Assembly: GCA_964022095.1 (NCBI GenBank)
Contig: CAXHZO010000002.1
Span: 64,001 to 128,000 of the forward strand
DNA length: 64,000 nucleotides
Reading direction: 5' to 3'
DNA from: an uncultured Arcobacteraceae bacterium
GTDB taxonomy: Bacteria; Campylobacterota; Campylobacteria; Campylobacterales; Arcobacteraceae
Under the pieces are notes generated by a model. It was not told the DNA's origin and made no database searches. It was given only the letters and a program-made list of their open reading frames with translations. Of the stretch, positions 1 through 9,740 are shown piece by piece (position 1 is the stretch's first letter; every line of letters begins with the position of its first letter). The translations under genes were made by a program, and so were the position numbers.

Positions 1-1628
1 TTTGGGAACATAAATTTCATTCTACCTAGTGGGTTTTGGTTGCTTGGTATTTGAATAAATCTTAAATTTGGTAAAGTTAGTATCTCTTCACTAACAACCA
101 TAGGTTCTACTGGTTTTCTTTTTCTTATGTCTTCTAAGTTTTGTAAATAAGCTAAATATTCATTCCAGTTTATTGATAATGAATCATATTGTAAAGAGTT
201 AGGATCCCAACCTTCATGTATTCTAATACCTTTTTCATTTACATAATTAGGGTTATTTACTAGTTTTGGAATAAGCTCATTTTTTGCAATTCTTTTTGGT
301 ATTTTCCAATAAGGATTTAAAACTATATATGACATTTCATTTGAAAATATTGGTGTAGGGTGTTTTTTCTCACCTACTACAACTCTCATATCAAGTTTTA
401 TCTCACCTTGGTCATACATTTTTAATTTATAATCTGGAATATTAACTAGTAAATATTTTTCTCCTAAATTTCTAGGTAACCATCTCATTCTCTCTAGATT
501 CAATCTTATTTTTTCAATTTTATTTTTAGCAGTAATATTTAAAAATTTTCTAGTAGCAGGTCCTACTACACCATCTGCAGCTAAACCATGACTTTTTTGA
601 AAAGATATTACAGCATTTTTTAACTCTTCATCAAAAACTACTTCACAATCTTTTTGTTTAATCTCTTTTTCTTTTAAAACTGCAGTAGTAGTCTGTTTAA
701 TTTCAGTATTAATCTGTTCTTCTATTCCATTAGGAGTTTGTACTGCTTGTCTTTGAATATTATTAGTTATTATCTCATTTGCTGCAATAACTTGTTCACA
801 GTTTTTTATTAAATCATTACTTTGTAATAATCTTTGTCTTAATACTTTAACCGTTTCTGATCTATCACCTAGTCTTAGACTCTTTTTAAATGTTGGTATT
901 TTAGTGTAGTCACCATTTTCTACTACTTTTTTAAGCTCATCAATTGCTGTGATTAGTTTATCAGAGTTTGGATAAGTAAAGTTTGCTTTTGCAATTGCAT
1001 TTTCTAAGTTGTTTTGGTTTATTGCTTCAATTAAAAGTTTTCTTTTATCAACTTTTGCATTAAACTTTTCCCAATCAGCTAAAATATCTTTTCTTTTTAG
1101 AACATTTAATCTTCTTTTGAATTTTGACCAGTTTATTGTTCCTTTTGTAAGATATCTCATATATCTATCATAAATTTCAGTAAGCATAAAATCAATTTCA
1201 ATCATTGATTTATTATAGTTTTCAGGTGATTTATCTAGTTTTGATAGTGCATCTAAAACTTTATCTAGTTTAAAAGCACTTGTTGCTTTAGGTTCAATTA
1301 CTGGGTCATTTTTTATATAATCAAGTAGTTCTAATGCAATGTTTTTGATACCATCTTCATTGAACCAAAATGGTTGATATTGATTCTTTTTATAATAAGT
1401 TCTAAGATATTTTTTTGAAGTAAATAGAAATCTTCTTTTTGTTCTTAATACATCTTTAATATCTTTAGTAATTATCTCTTCAAAAGATGGTTTAGGTAAT
1501 TCAATTTCTACATTTTCATTTGTACTTGAATTTATATTTTTTTCTAAGCTATTTTTATTTTCTAAATTTGCATATAAGTTTGTCGCAGTTAATAAACAAA
1601 TTGAAAAAATAAAGGTTTTCTTTAACAT
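1..1628 (-). CDS. L,D-transpeptidase (YcbB/LdtD-like) with peptidoglycan-binding domain; runs off the left edge of the window
   Basis: Not in ORF track. Manual translation from ATG at 1628 gives MLKKTFIFSICLLTATNLYA (signal peptide), FQKSHGLAADGVVGPAT (PG-binding), LNLERMRWLP, LVNIPDY, VVVGEKKHPTP, NPYWKIP, NPLGRMKFMFP. Confidence 0.9.
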   Translation of the reverse strand, partial: MLKKTFIFSICLLTATNLYANLENKNSLEKNINSSTNENVEIELPKPSFEEIITKDIKDVLRTKRRFLFTSKKYLRTYYKKNQYQPFWFNEDGIKNIALELLDYIKNDPVIEPKATSAFKLDKVLDALSKLDKSPENYNKSMIEIDFMLTEIYDRYMRYLTKGTINWSKFKRRLNVLKRKDILADWEKFNAKVDKRKLLIEAINQNNLENAIAKANFTYPNSDKLITAIDELKKVVENGDYTKIPTFKKSLRLGDRSETVKVLRQRLLQSNDLIKNCEQVIAANEIITNNIQRQAVQTPNGIEEQINTEIKQTTTAVLKEKEIKQKDCEVVFDEELKNAVISFQKSHGLAADGVVGPATRKFLNITAKNKIEKIRLNLERMRWLPRNLGEKYLLVNIPDYKLKMYDQGEIKLDMRVVVGEKKHPTPIFSNEMSYIVLNPYWKIPKRIAKNELIPKLVNNPNYVNEKGIRIHEGWDPNSLQYDSLSINWNEYLAYLQNLEDIRKRKPVEPMVVSEEILTLPNLRFIQIPSNQNPLGRMKFMFP

Positions 1629-1815
1629 TTCATTCCCTTGGTGTAGTATAACTAGTTATTTATGATTTAAAATACCAAAATATAGATTAAAAAATACTAT
1701 TTTGTAGTTATTATTTTAGAAGTAATTCAAAAATTTATATAATTTTTTTTTAATAATTAAATGAGAATAAATTAAAAAAAAGGTATAATCCCGTTATTTT
1801 ATTAGTTAGGTTGAC

Positions 1816-3087
1816 ATGAAAATACTATACGGTTGGTTTATTTTAATTGCTTTGATCTTATTTGCATTTTATTATGTAAATTTAAATTTAGAAAAAACTG
1901 TATTAGTTGATGATTTTTTAAAACTTAATGAAACCCCCACAAATATAGCTTATTCTGTAAAAAATGTAAATAATAAATCTGAAATAATCTCTTTAAATAT
2001 TGATAAAAATAGTGAAATTATTGTATTAAGTAGCAGTGAAAAAAAAATTAAAAATAGTGAAGATGAAACATTAAAAGTAAAAGTTAACAGAGCAGGTAAA
2101 AATGTTATTTTAATCTTACTTTCATCATCTGATGTTACTTGGGAAGTTCTTCCTTCTGATAATACAAATATTGATTTGATTGTATTTAATAATCCCTCTT
2201 CAAATGTTGTGTCAAAAACTAAAATATATAAAAAATATGAAGATTTAGAGTATATTGAAAATGTAGATAAAGTAGAATTTTTACATTTAATTAGTTTTAT
2301 AAAAGAACAGTTTAAGCAGAAAAAAATATCATATTTTTATAAACAAATTAATAATGAATCTATTCTTGTAGATATCACACAGTTTAATGATAAATTATCT
2401 TTAGAATACTTATCTTCAAATAAAGTTCAAAGAGATGTTCAATTTGAACTTTTATCTAAAGACTTAAAGTTTATCAAGTTTAATTTATATGGTCCAATTG
2501 ATAAAAATAATAAAAATACATTAATAGAAAAAAATGTAACTTTTAATCCAAGTAAAACAAAAATATATAAAGTTTTAGAAAATGGAATAAAAATAAAAAA
2601 TATAAAAGAGAATAGCGAAACAATAAAACCAATACCTGTAATAAAAAAGATATTTAATTCAAAAGGTATTGCATATGATAGGTTAAATGACAGAGTTTTT
2701 GTTGCTGGTAAGTTTGGAAAATTTTATGTTTTTGATGCAAACGAAGAAAGATGGCTATCTATTAGAAAATATATTGATGATTTCGATATTAATTCACTTA
2801 GTTATGATTTAGTTTCAAATGTGTATTTATCTTCAACATGGAAAAATGAAGGAATTTTAATTTTTGATCATGATGGAAACTTTGTAAAAAGAATAGATTT
2901 AATAAATAAATTAAAAGGTCTTTCTTATTACTACGACAAAGGAATACAAGATGTGCCACAATTATATATTGTAGGTGAGGGGAATGATATAGCCTTAGTT
3001 TTAATAAATGATTTTGTTGAATTTATATGGTTGTATGATGAGTTTAGTGATAAAGTTACTTTAACTTATAATTACTACGATATGTAA
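1816..3087 (+). CDS. Hypothetical membrane-anchored protein, C-terminal half beta-propeller-like
   Basis: 423-aa ORF with N-terminal hydrophobic helix and blade-like motifs (GIAYDRLNDRVFV, SLSYDLVSNVYL); TATAAT at 1784-1789. Confidence 0.6.
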   Translation: MKILYGWFILIALILFAFYYVNLNLEKTVLVDDFLKLNETPTNIAYSVKNVNNKSEIISLNIDKNSEIIVLSSSEKKIKNSEDETLKVKVNRAGKNVILILLSSSDVTWEVLPSDNTNIDLIVFNNPSSNVVSKTKIYKKYEDLEYIENVDKVEFLHLISFIKEQFKQKKISYFYKQINNESILVDITQFNDKLSLEYLSSNKVQRDVQFELLSKDLKFIKFNLYGPIDKNNKNTLIEKNVTFNPSKTKIYKVLENGIKIKNIKENSETIKPIPVIKKIFNSKGIAYDRLNDRVFVAGKFGKFYVFDANEERWLSIRKYIDDFDINSLSYDLVSNVYLSSTWKNEGILIFDHDGNFVKRIDLINKLKGLSYYYDKGIQDVPQLYIVGEGNDIALVLINDFVEFIWLYDEFSDKVTLTYNYYDM

Positions 3088-3737
3088 TCTTTTTTAGGTT
3101 TAAATCTAATATTTTTATTAATATCTTTTATAAATTCTAACTGATAATCAACCATAGTTTCAAAGGGTTTTAAAAAATTATCTAAAGATTTATTTGATAT
3201 GTTTTCAATGTTTTTTTCATTTAATAGTTCAAGAATTACTTTAGTTGACTCAATTGTCGACAAGCAGTAGCTCTTAGGCTGTGTTTTTATTTTAAAATTT
3301 GATATTTCATTATGTGTAAAACTAAGTTTTTTTAACTTTTGTAAGTTTTCACTTAGTCGTAATATTTTTTTTGAGCAAGGCCATGTTGAATCTATTATAA
3401 ATAATAGTAAATTTTTTGATGAATCAATTTTGTCCTTGTTTAAATTTACACTATTTTCTCCTGGGTACATTACAAAAGCTTCATAACTTGAATCGTTGAT
3501 TAATTCATTTACTCTATTATGATTTGTAAAATCTATACCTATATATAATTCACTGTTATCTAAAGAGTTGTTAGTCATATGACCTGTACCATTTTTTGTT
3601 TTTTTGTACTCTTTTGGATGCATAAGAATTACAAATTTTGTTTTTGTTTTAATTGGTGTTTTAATTGAAGAGCAAATACATGATTTCTTTGGTCTATAAC
3701 ATTTATAACATACAGTTCTATTAATAGTTTTACTCAT
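3075..3737 (-). CDS. DTW-domain tRNA-uridine aminocarboxypropyltransferase (TapT/YfiP-like)
   Basis: CxxC..CxC N-terminus, ILMHPKE, IIDSTW (DTW motif), LSTIE. ORF track starts at 3746; ATG at 3737 preferred (see leaderless finding). Confidence 0.9.
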   Translation of the reverse strand: MSKTINRTVCYKCYRPKKSCICSSIKTPIKTKTKFVILMHPKEYKKTKNGTGHMTNNSLDNSELYIGIDFTNHNRVNELINDSSYEAFVMYPGENSVNLNKDKIDSSKNLLLFIIDSTWPCSKKILRLSENLQKLKKLSFTHNEISNFKIKTQPKSYCLSTIESTKVILELLNEKNIENISNKSLDNFLKPFETMVDYQLEFIKDINKNIRFKPKKDYIS

Positions 3738-3806
3738 ATTTCCCATTTTAGATAGATTTAAAATTAGTTTTTTGTTATTATATACAAAATAATTTAAAGG
3801 TAAGTT

Positions 3807-4907
3807 TTGGACTTTTTAGAAAAAAATATTGTTACAGAAAAGAATGAAGTATCAAAAGTTTATAATACTAATTTTACAGCAGCTTTTTATTTCTTTGCAT
3901 TTATGAGTTTAGTTGTATTTACATTAAGCAGTTTAAGTGACATTTTAACTCCAATTGCAATTGCAATTTTAATTTGGTTTTTAATAAATGCTTTTGCAAA
4001 TCAAATTAAAAAACTACCCTTTATGAACTCAAACTTTGGAGAACTTATTGCTATTCCTATATCTTTAATTATAATTGTATATTCAATGTTTGAAATAGGA
4101 AGTTTTATTACTAGTAGTATGGTTGAATTAAGTTCAACTATTTCTCAATTAGATAGTAAAATAAGTGTTATTTTAGAAAAAATATCAACTTTGACATCAT
4201 TTGATGTTGTAACTCCTGTTGAAAAACTTTTTGAACAGTTTAGTTTAACAACACTTATTAACAAAGTTATCTCTGCATTTAGTTCGATTTTTAGTAATAT
4301 TGTTCAGATACTTTTATATGTACTTTTTTTATTATTGGATCAAAGATTTTTTAATGCTAAAATAAATGCACTTTTTTCAAACTATGAAACAAGACAAAAA
4401 GCAAAAGAGGTTTTATCTTCAATTTCTAAAACGATTAGAATGTATCTTTCTATAACCACTATTATTAGTTTATTAACAGGTGTTTTAACATATGCTATTT
4501 GTAGTTTTTTTGGCCTTGAGGGTGCAGTTTTATGGGGATTTATTGCTTTTATTTTAAACTTTATTCCTACAATTGGAAGTATTATTGCAGTGTTTATTCC
4601 TTTAATGTTTGCATTAGTTCAATTTACTGATTATTCAGTAGTATTAATTTTATTTGTATGTTTAGTAAGTGTTCAGTTTGTTATTGGAAATATTTTATAT
4701 CCAAGATTAATGGGAAATAAATTAAATATATCTCAATTTGTTGTTATTTTATCTTTAGTTATTTGGGGAGCTATGTGGGGGACAGTGGGAATGTTTTTAT
4801 CCGTTCCTTTAATGATGATAATATTAATTATTCTTTCACAGTTTGAAAATACAAAAGCTATGGCGATTTTAATATCAGGTGATGGAAAGATTTTTAAAGC
4901 TTCATAA
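3807..4907 (+). CDS. AI-2E family transporter
   Basis: Polytopic membrane protein with LNFIPTIGS and ILSLVIWGAMWGTVGMFLSVP motifs; TTG start. Confidence 0.9.
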   Translation: MDFLEKNIVTEKNEVSKVYNTNFTAAFYFFAFMSLVVFTLSSLSDILTPIAIAILIWFLINAFANQIKKLPFMNSNFGELIAIPISLIIIVYSMFEIGSFITSSMVELSSTISQLDSKISVILEKISTLTSFDVVTPVEKLFEQFSLTTLINKVISAFSSIFSNIVQILLYVLFLLLDQRFFNAKINALFSNYETRQKAKEVLSSISKTIRMYLSITTIISLLTGVLTYAICSFFGLEGAVLWGFIAFILNFIPTIGSIIAVFIPLMFALVQFTDYSVVLILFVCLVSVQFVIGNILYPRLMGNKLNISQFVVILSLVIWGAMWGTVGMFLSVPLMMIILIILSQFENTKAMAILISGDGKIFKAS

Positions 4908-4914
4908 TAATTTT

Positions 4915-4942
4915 TTGATTATTAATAAAAAAGTTGTATAAT
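4915..4942 (+). promoter_or_regulatory. Putative sigma70 promoter of sodN
   Basis: TTGATT (4915-4920), 16 nt, TATAAT (4937-4942), about 30 nt before the sodN ATG. Confidence 0.5.
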
Positions 4943-4972
4943 AGTTTTAGTCTTAAAAAAAAGGATTAAATT

Positions 4973-5440
4973 ATGAAAAATTTATTTAAAATTGATACAG
5001 TAAAAGCTCATTGTGATGTTCCTTGTGGAATTTATGATCCAATTACAGCACAGATTGCTGCACTTTCTGTTATACGAATGGTTGACCTTATGGAAGGTTT
5101 AGAAAAGTCTGACTCTTTAGAGTATTCAAACACTATTTCAAGACACATCGCCGTTAAAGAAGAAGAAGCTGAAAAAGTAAAACATGAAATTAGAATTATT
5201 TGGGGTGATTTTATTAAGCCTCCTCAAATTGAGAAATATCCTGAAATTCATAAAATAGTACATAATATTATGATGCTAGGTAGTGAAAATAGACAACATG
5301 TATCTAGAGACAAAGCTCTTGAATTACTAAAAGAAGTAAATAAATTTGCTCAAATTTTTTGGGAAATCAAAGAAAAACAAACAAAAACGGTTAAAGCACC
5401 ATATGCACCAAATGAGGATATTGTAGTACCAGTATTATAA
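4973..5440 (+). CDS. sodN: Nickel superoxide dismutase precursor
   Basis: Nickel-hook motif HCDVPCGIYDP after a 12-residue pro-peptide; VKHEIRIIWGDF and FAQIFW helices. Confidence 0.96.
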   Translation: MKNLFKIDTVKAHCDVPCGIYDPITAQIAALSVIRMVDLMEGLEKSDSLEYSNTISRHIAVKEEEAEKVKHEIRIIWGDFIKPPQIEKYPEIHKIVHNIMMLGSENRQHVSRDKALELLKEVNKFAQIFWEIKEKQTKTVKAPYAPNEDIVVPVL

Positions 5441-5721
5441 TGTTTAAACTTTTTAAATGTGAGGGAAATTCACTTTTCCCTCTATATAAAGATTCTCAAA
5501 CTATACTTACAATTAAAAAAAATAGATTTCTTAGTTTTAAAGTAGGAGATGTAGTTGTGTTTTTTCATAAAGATTATGGATTGATGATTAAAATAATCAA
5601 AGAAATAAAAGATAATAGTTTTTATGTAATAGGAACAAGTCCTGATAGTATAGATAGCAGAAACTTTGGATATATATCAAAAAATGATATAAAATACAAA
5701 GTTTTGTTTAAAATTTTCTAA
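5440..5721 (+). CDS. sodX: Ni-SOD maturation protease (S26/S24-like peptidase)
   Basis: GNSLFP (Ser), GDVVVF, LMIK (Lys), DSIDSRNFG motifs; TAATG coupling to sodN. Confidence 0.88.
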   Translation: MFKLFKCEGNSLFPLYKDSQTILTIKKNRFLSFKVGDVVVFFHKDYGLMIKIIKEIKDNSFYVIGTSPDSIDSRNFGYISKNDIKYKVLFKIF

Positions 5722-6230
5722 CTATTTTTACCATGGCCTTTACTATGTCCATGTCCACTTTGACCTTCTCTTTGTAAAAGTTCATCAAAGTTTTCTCCAC
5801 CAATATTATATGCTTTCCCAAATCCAAATACTGCTTCGCCATAAGTTGGTGAAAATTCAAATATATAGAAATCAGCCATACTTGATAAAGTATTTATCAT
5901 ATCTTCATCAAATTTAATTTTAAATTGCTCTAAAACTTCTTTTTCTTCACTACTTTCTTGCTTGAATCTTTTAGAATAACATTGCAGTGAAACTCTTTTT
6001 CTTGCAAATATATTTTTACACTCATTTTCATCTTCAATTAATAAAAGAGAACACTTATTATTAATAATAAGATTTTGAGAGTGTTTTGCCATTAGTGACA
6101 AATATACATAATATTTGCTATTGTATTTTACAAAAGGTGCATATGATGAAAAAGGAAACTCTTTATCATCTAGAGAGTTTATACAAACACTTTTTATTGA
6201 GTCTATAAACTCATTTAATTCTTTACTCAT
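5718..6230 (-). CDS. HutZ/HugZ-like split-barrel protein (pyridoxamine 5'-phosphate oxidase-like, putative heme-binding)
   Basis: SSYAPFV, AKHSQNL, LLIEDE, NIFARKR, GFGKAY; His-rich C-terminal tail. Confidence 0.85.
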   Translation of the reverse strand: MSKELNEFIDSIKSVCINSLDDKEFPFSSYAPFVKYNSKYYVYLSLMAKHSQNLIINNKCSLLLIEDENECKNIFARKRVSLQCYSKRFKQESSEEKEVLEQFKIKFDEDMINTLSSMADFYIFEFSPTYGEAVFGFGKAYNIGGENFDELLQREGQSGHGHSKGHGKNS

Positions 6231-8620
6231 TACTCTTCACTCCATAATAATTCTATTTCTAAATCAAATATATCTTTTCTTCTTGGTTTTATAAATATCT
6301 CTTCAATTTCATAATTTGAGATTTTATACTCTTCATTAATCTCTTCAATACTAGTTTCTAACTCTTTTTGAAGACCTACAATTTCATCTTGCATAACTTG
6401 TATATCTTCTTTTACATATTTAACATCATTTCTTTCTTTCATGATTTTACCAGCTTTTCTAGCACTTGTAGCAACTTTTCCTATATTAGTCTTAGAAACT
6501 AGTGACTTACCAAAAAATGCTCCTATAATTGATGTACCAATAGATATAATTGTATCAGTTGTAGTTGAACTTGCTTGTGCTTCTTCTTTTTCTAATTTAT
6601 CATATAAAGACTCTAGTTTTTTCTCTAATGATTTTTCGTTTTTTTCAAACTTTTCTTGAAGCTTTTCTACTTGTTCATCTATTGATTCATTTAATCTATC
6701 TTGCATTCTAATTTTAAAATCTTCATATGATTCATTTTGTTTTGAAACTAATTTTAATTTTTTGTTTGAAAATAGAGTTAATTTTTTATTTCTATAAATA
6801 AAATTACTAAACTCTTTTTGTAAAGCTTTTATTTCACTATCATTTTGAATAAATGTAGGAATATCATAAAAGTTTGAATTAGGTCTATTTTTACTTTCAT
6901 AATTTAAAGACTCTAAAGTTTCTAATTCCTCAAAATTTAACTCTTGTACTTTTTTATTAAGATAGTATTTATATTTAAACTCTTGTTTGTCATCTATATT
7001 TTTTGAAGTATTAACAAAATGAACTTTACAACATAGTGTTAAATAAGGCTGTAAATAGTAACTATCACTTTGAGATACATAATTATACTTTTGAGGTAAA
7101 TTATTAGCAAGAATAGGCTTTATTGTGTTTTTAGACTCATGATTTGGTGCTTGTCTTTTTATATCTTGTTTTTCTTGAATATTATTTGAACTAGGGGCTA
7201 TAAATGATTTGATTTTTTCAATCTTTTCACTCATTAGTTTTTTTATATCATCTTTTGAAATAGGACCTTTTAGATATGATAGAACCCATCTTGTTTTAAA
7301 TATTTTAATTCCATCTTCATTTATATTTTTCATTATAAAGGTTCTTTTTTCTAAATTAGAAATTAGTTTTGAGATTTCACTTTTATTAATAGCACCTTCA
7401 TTTGCTGAACTTAGTCCATCTATAACTTTTTCAATGTCTTGTTTTGTTTGTAGTCTTCCTATAAACCAAGTACCAATATTTGATAAACCTTTGTAATCTA
7501 TATCAACAGGGTTTTGTGTTGATAAAATAACACCAATACCAAAAGATCTAGCTTGTTTTAAAAGAGTAAGCATTGGTTGTTTAGATGGTGGGTTTTTTGA
7601 AGGTGGAAAGTATCCAAATATTTCATCCATATAAAGTAGGGCTTTTAATGAACTGGTACCTTCTTGTCTTCTCATCCATGAAACCATTTGATTTAATAAA
7701 AGTGAAACAAAGAACATTCTTTGGGAATCATTTAAATGTGCAATTGAAAAAATTGATACTTTTGCTTTTCCATTTTCGTCATATAATAAATTTGAAATAT
7801 CTAAAGGCTGACCTTCAATCCATTGTTTAAATGATGGGTTTGCAATAATTGTATTTAGTTTTAATGCAAGTTTTAATCTATCATCTTGTGTAAAGAACGT
7901 TTCTAAATCAAATATTCCCACTTTTGAAAAAGGAGGAGTAACTATAAGTGTAATTAACTCTTCTAAACTTAAGTCTTTGTTTTGTGTGTAGTAATTCATA
8001 AATATTGAAGATATTAGTATAAACTCTTTTGATGTAGTGTCATTTTTTTCATCAATTAATGAAAGAATAGAAGATACAGTTGAATTAACTAATGAAACTA
8101 ATAAGTCGTGATCTTGTAAAACTTCATTTGATGGAGATTTAAAAGTAGAAAGAATTGATATTTGAACACCTGAACTACTTCCTGGAGTATAAATAGTAAA
8201 ATCAGCACTATCTTTTAGTTTTTGAATTCTACTTTTATTTTGATGATCTCCTGTAATTCCTTTTTCCCAAAGTTGAGCAGTTTTTTGTGCTTGCTCTTGC
8301 AGTGTAACACCATTGTTTATTGCATCTTGCTCTTCTATCCAAGGTTCAAAGTCACTACCTTTTAGTTGAGGAAATGTCAAAAGTAAATTCCCCATATCAC
8401 CTTTTGGGTCAATAATAATAGAAGGTATATTATCAATAGCAGCTTCTTCTAATAATGAAATACCAAGTCCAGTTTTACCACTACCTGTCATACCAATAAT
8501 AGCTGCGTGTGTTCTTAAGTCTTTGTTTTTATAAACTAGTGGAACAGTTGTTTCATCATCTAGTTTTTCTTTTCCTATGTAAAAAAGTTTTAGTTTTTCA
8601 TAGTCAAATGTGCTACTCAT
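6230..8620 (-). CDS. HerA/FtsK-superfamily P-loop ATPase (DUF87/DUF853-like) with C-terminal coiled coil
   Basis: Walker A GMTGSGKT, IIDPKGD, Walker B LLYMDE, KQARSFGIGVILSTQNP. Confidence 0.85.
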   Translation of the reverse strand: MSSTFDYEKLKLFYIGKEKLDDETTVPLVYKNKDLRTHAAIIGMTGSGKTGLGISLLEEAAIDNIPSIIIDPKGDMGNLLLTFPQLKGSDFEPWIEEQDAINNGVTLQEQAQKTAQLWEKGITGDHQNKSRIQKLKDSADFTIYTPGSSSGVQISILSTFKSPSNEVLQDHDLLVSLVNSTVSSILSLIDEKNDTTSKEFILISSIFMNYYTQNKDLSLEELITLIVTPPFSKVGIFDLETFFTQDDRLKLALKLNTIIANPSFKQWIEGQPLDISNLLYDENGKAKVSIFSIAHLNDSQRMFFVSLLLNQMVSWMRRQEGTSSLKALLYMDEIFGYFPPSKNPPSKQPMLTLLKQARSFGIGVILSTQNPVDIDYKGLSNIGTWFIGRLQTKQDIEKVIDGLSSANEGAINKSEISKLISNLEKRTFIMKNINEDGIKIFKTRWVLSYLKGPISKDDIKKLMSEKIEKIKSFIAPSSNNIQEKQDIKRQAPNHESKNTIKPILANNLPQKYNYVSQSDSYYLQPYLTLCCKVHFVNTSKNIDDKQEFKYKYYLNKKVQELNFEELETLESLNYESKNRPNSNFYDIPTFIQNDSEIKALQKEFSNFIYRNKKLTLFSNKKLKLVSKQNESYEDFKIRMQDRLNESIDEQVEKLQEKFEKNEKSLEKKLESLYDKLEKEEAQASSTTTDTIISIGTSIIGAFFGKSLVSKTNIGKVATSARKAGKIMKERNDVKYVKEDIQVMQDEIVGLQKELETSIEEINEEYKISNYEIEEIFIKPRRKDIFDLEIELLWSEE

Positions 8621-8647
8621 AATATACCTTTGAAAAAATTTGATTTG

Positions 8648-8656
8648 ATTATAGCA
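8648..8656 (-). promoter_or_regulatory. Extended -10 promoter for the ATPase-hutZ-like pair
   Basis: Minus-strand TGCTATAAT about 28 nt upstream of the ATG at 8620. Confidence 0.6.
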
Positions 8657-8692
8657 AAAAAAAAGTGAATGCCTAAATAGACATTCACTTTT
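8656..8692 (-). terminator. Intrinsic terminator after yegP-like gene
   Basis: Minus strand AAAAGTGAATGTCT-ATTT-AGGCATTCAC followed by a T9 run. Confidence 0.85.
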
Positions 8693-8714
8693 ATGTATTG
8701 TGTTTTATTAAGAC

Positions 8715-9041
8715 TTATTCTTCAATAATCTCTGCATCTGCACTATCAGCTTTTAATTCAGCAATTGCAGCACTTCTTTCAGATTCATCAGCAAATAAAG
8801 CACTAGTACCTACTATTTGACCATTTGTTGATTTGATGTTAAAAAATGCTTTTCCATTTGATGACTCTTTTAACTCATATCTTGCATCTTCTTGACAGTT
8901 TTTCTTAACTGATTCAATACCATTTTTAGCACTAGCTTTTTGAGCATAGTTTTCACTCTTTACAATTGTTTTACCTTCTGCATTTACAAATATAAATGAA
9001 AATGGCTCTTTCGCATCACTTTTTCTAAGTTTAATTGTCAT
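8715..9041 (-). CDS. YegP family protein (two DUF1508 repeats)
   Basis: SENYAQKASAKNGIESVKKN and FNIKSTNGQIVGTS repeats typical of DUF1508. Confidence 0.88.
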   Translation of the reverse strand: MTIKLRKSDAKEPFSFIFVNAEGKTIVKSENYAQKASAKNGIESVKKNCQEDARYELKESSNGKAFFNIKSTNGQIVGTSALFADESERSAAIAELKADSADAEIIEE

Positions 9042-9114
9042 CGTATTTCCTTGTAATTAAATTTATAACTATTTTATTTAAACATAATTTAAAAAGTTCT
9101 TATTTTAATAGTAA

Positions 9115-9645
9115 TTAAAAGAACTTTTTAGCCATTCCCATTAAATCATCAACAACATCACCATCTTTATCTTGGTCAATAAAGTTTGTAAGCATTGAAG
9201 TTATATTATTTGTATTTGATGTATCCATTGCTCCTAAGTTAGTTTGTTTATTTAGTGCTCCCATAACAATAGGTGCAAGCATAGGAATTAATGAAGATAT
9301 AGATGATGCATCAACTCCACTTTTAGAACTAAGATTATTTACAACATCACTCTCATTTTCATCTAATGAAGAAAAAAGTTCACCAGTCATATTAGTAGTA
9401 TCAAGATTTTCAATCTCTTGTGGATTTGAAGCGAGGTTATCTAGATTTACATTTGAAATCATATCAATTAAGTTTGATGAGTCCCCATCACTTGCTAGAT
9501 TTGCTTTAGCACCATTTAATAATTGTGGTGCTAAATCTTGAACTAGACCTTGTAGTGAGGCTGTATCAATTCCTGTTTTTGATGATAAAGAATTAACAAC
9601 ATTATCACTTAATCCTGATTCTAAAATAGTATTAAGAATATTCAT
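9115..9645 (-). CDS. DUF937 domain protein
   Basis: Internal repeat LSSKTGID/LSSKSGVD, LIPMLAPIVMGAL, C-terminal DQDKDGDVVDDLMGMAKKFF. Confidence 0.8.
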   Translation of the reverse strand: MNILNTILESGLSDNVVNSLSSKTGIDTASLQGLVQDLAPQLLNGAKANLASDGDSSNLIDMISNVNLDNLASNPQEIENLDTTNMTGELFSSLDENESDVVNNLSSKSGVDASSISSLIPMLAPIVMGALNKQTNLGAMDTSNTNNITSMLTNFIDQDKDGDVVDDLMGMAKKFF

Positions 9646-9740
9646 TTTATATGCTCCTTTAAGTTTATAATTATAAAAATTATATCATAAAAGACAATAA
9701 AGTAGAGAAGTTTAACTGTATATTTTGAAGTTTTAGGGGG

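Noticed and set aside
5718-5760. His-rich tail of the HutZ-like protein as a nickel chaperone for SodN
   Set aside because: C-terminal His residues are usual heme ligands in this family, and the gene is convergent with sodX rather than co-transcribed.
6441-7830. Short plus-strand ORFs (6441, 7209, 7585) opposite the ATPase
   Set aside because: Antisense shadows of a well-supported gene; no recognisable motifs.
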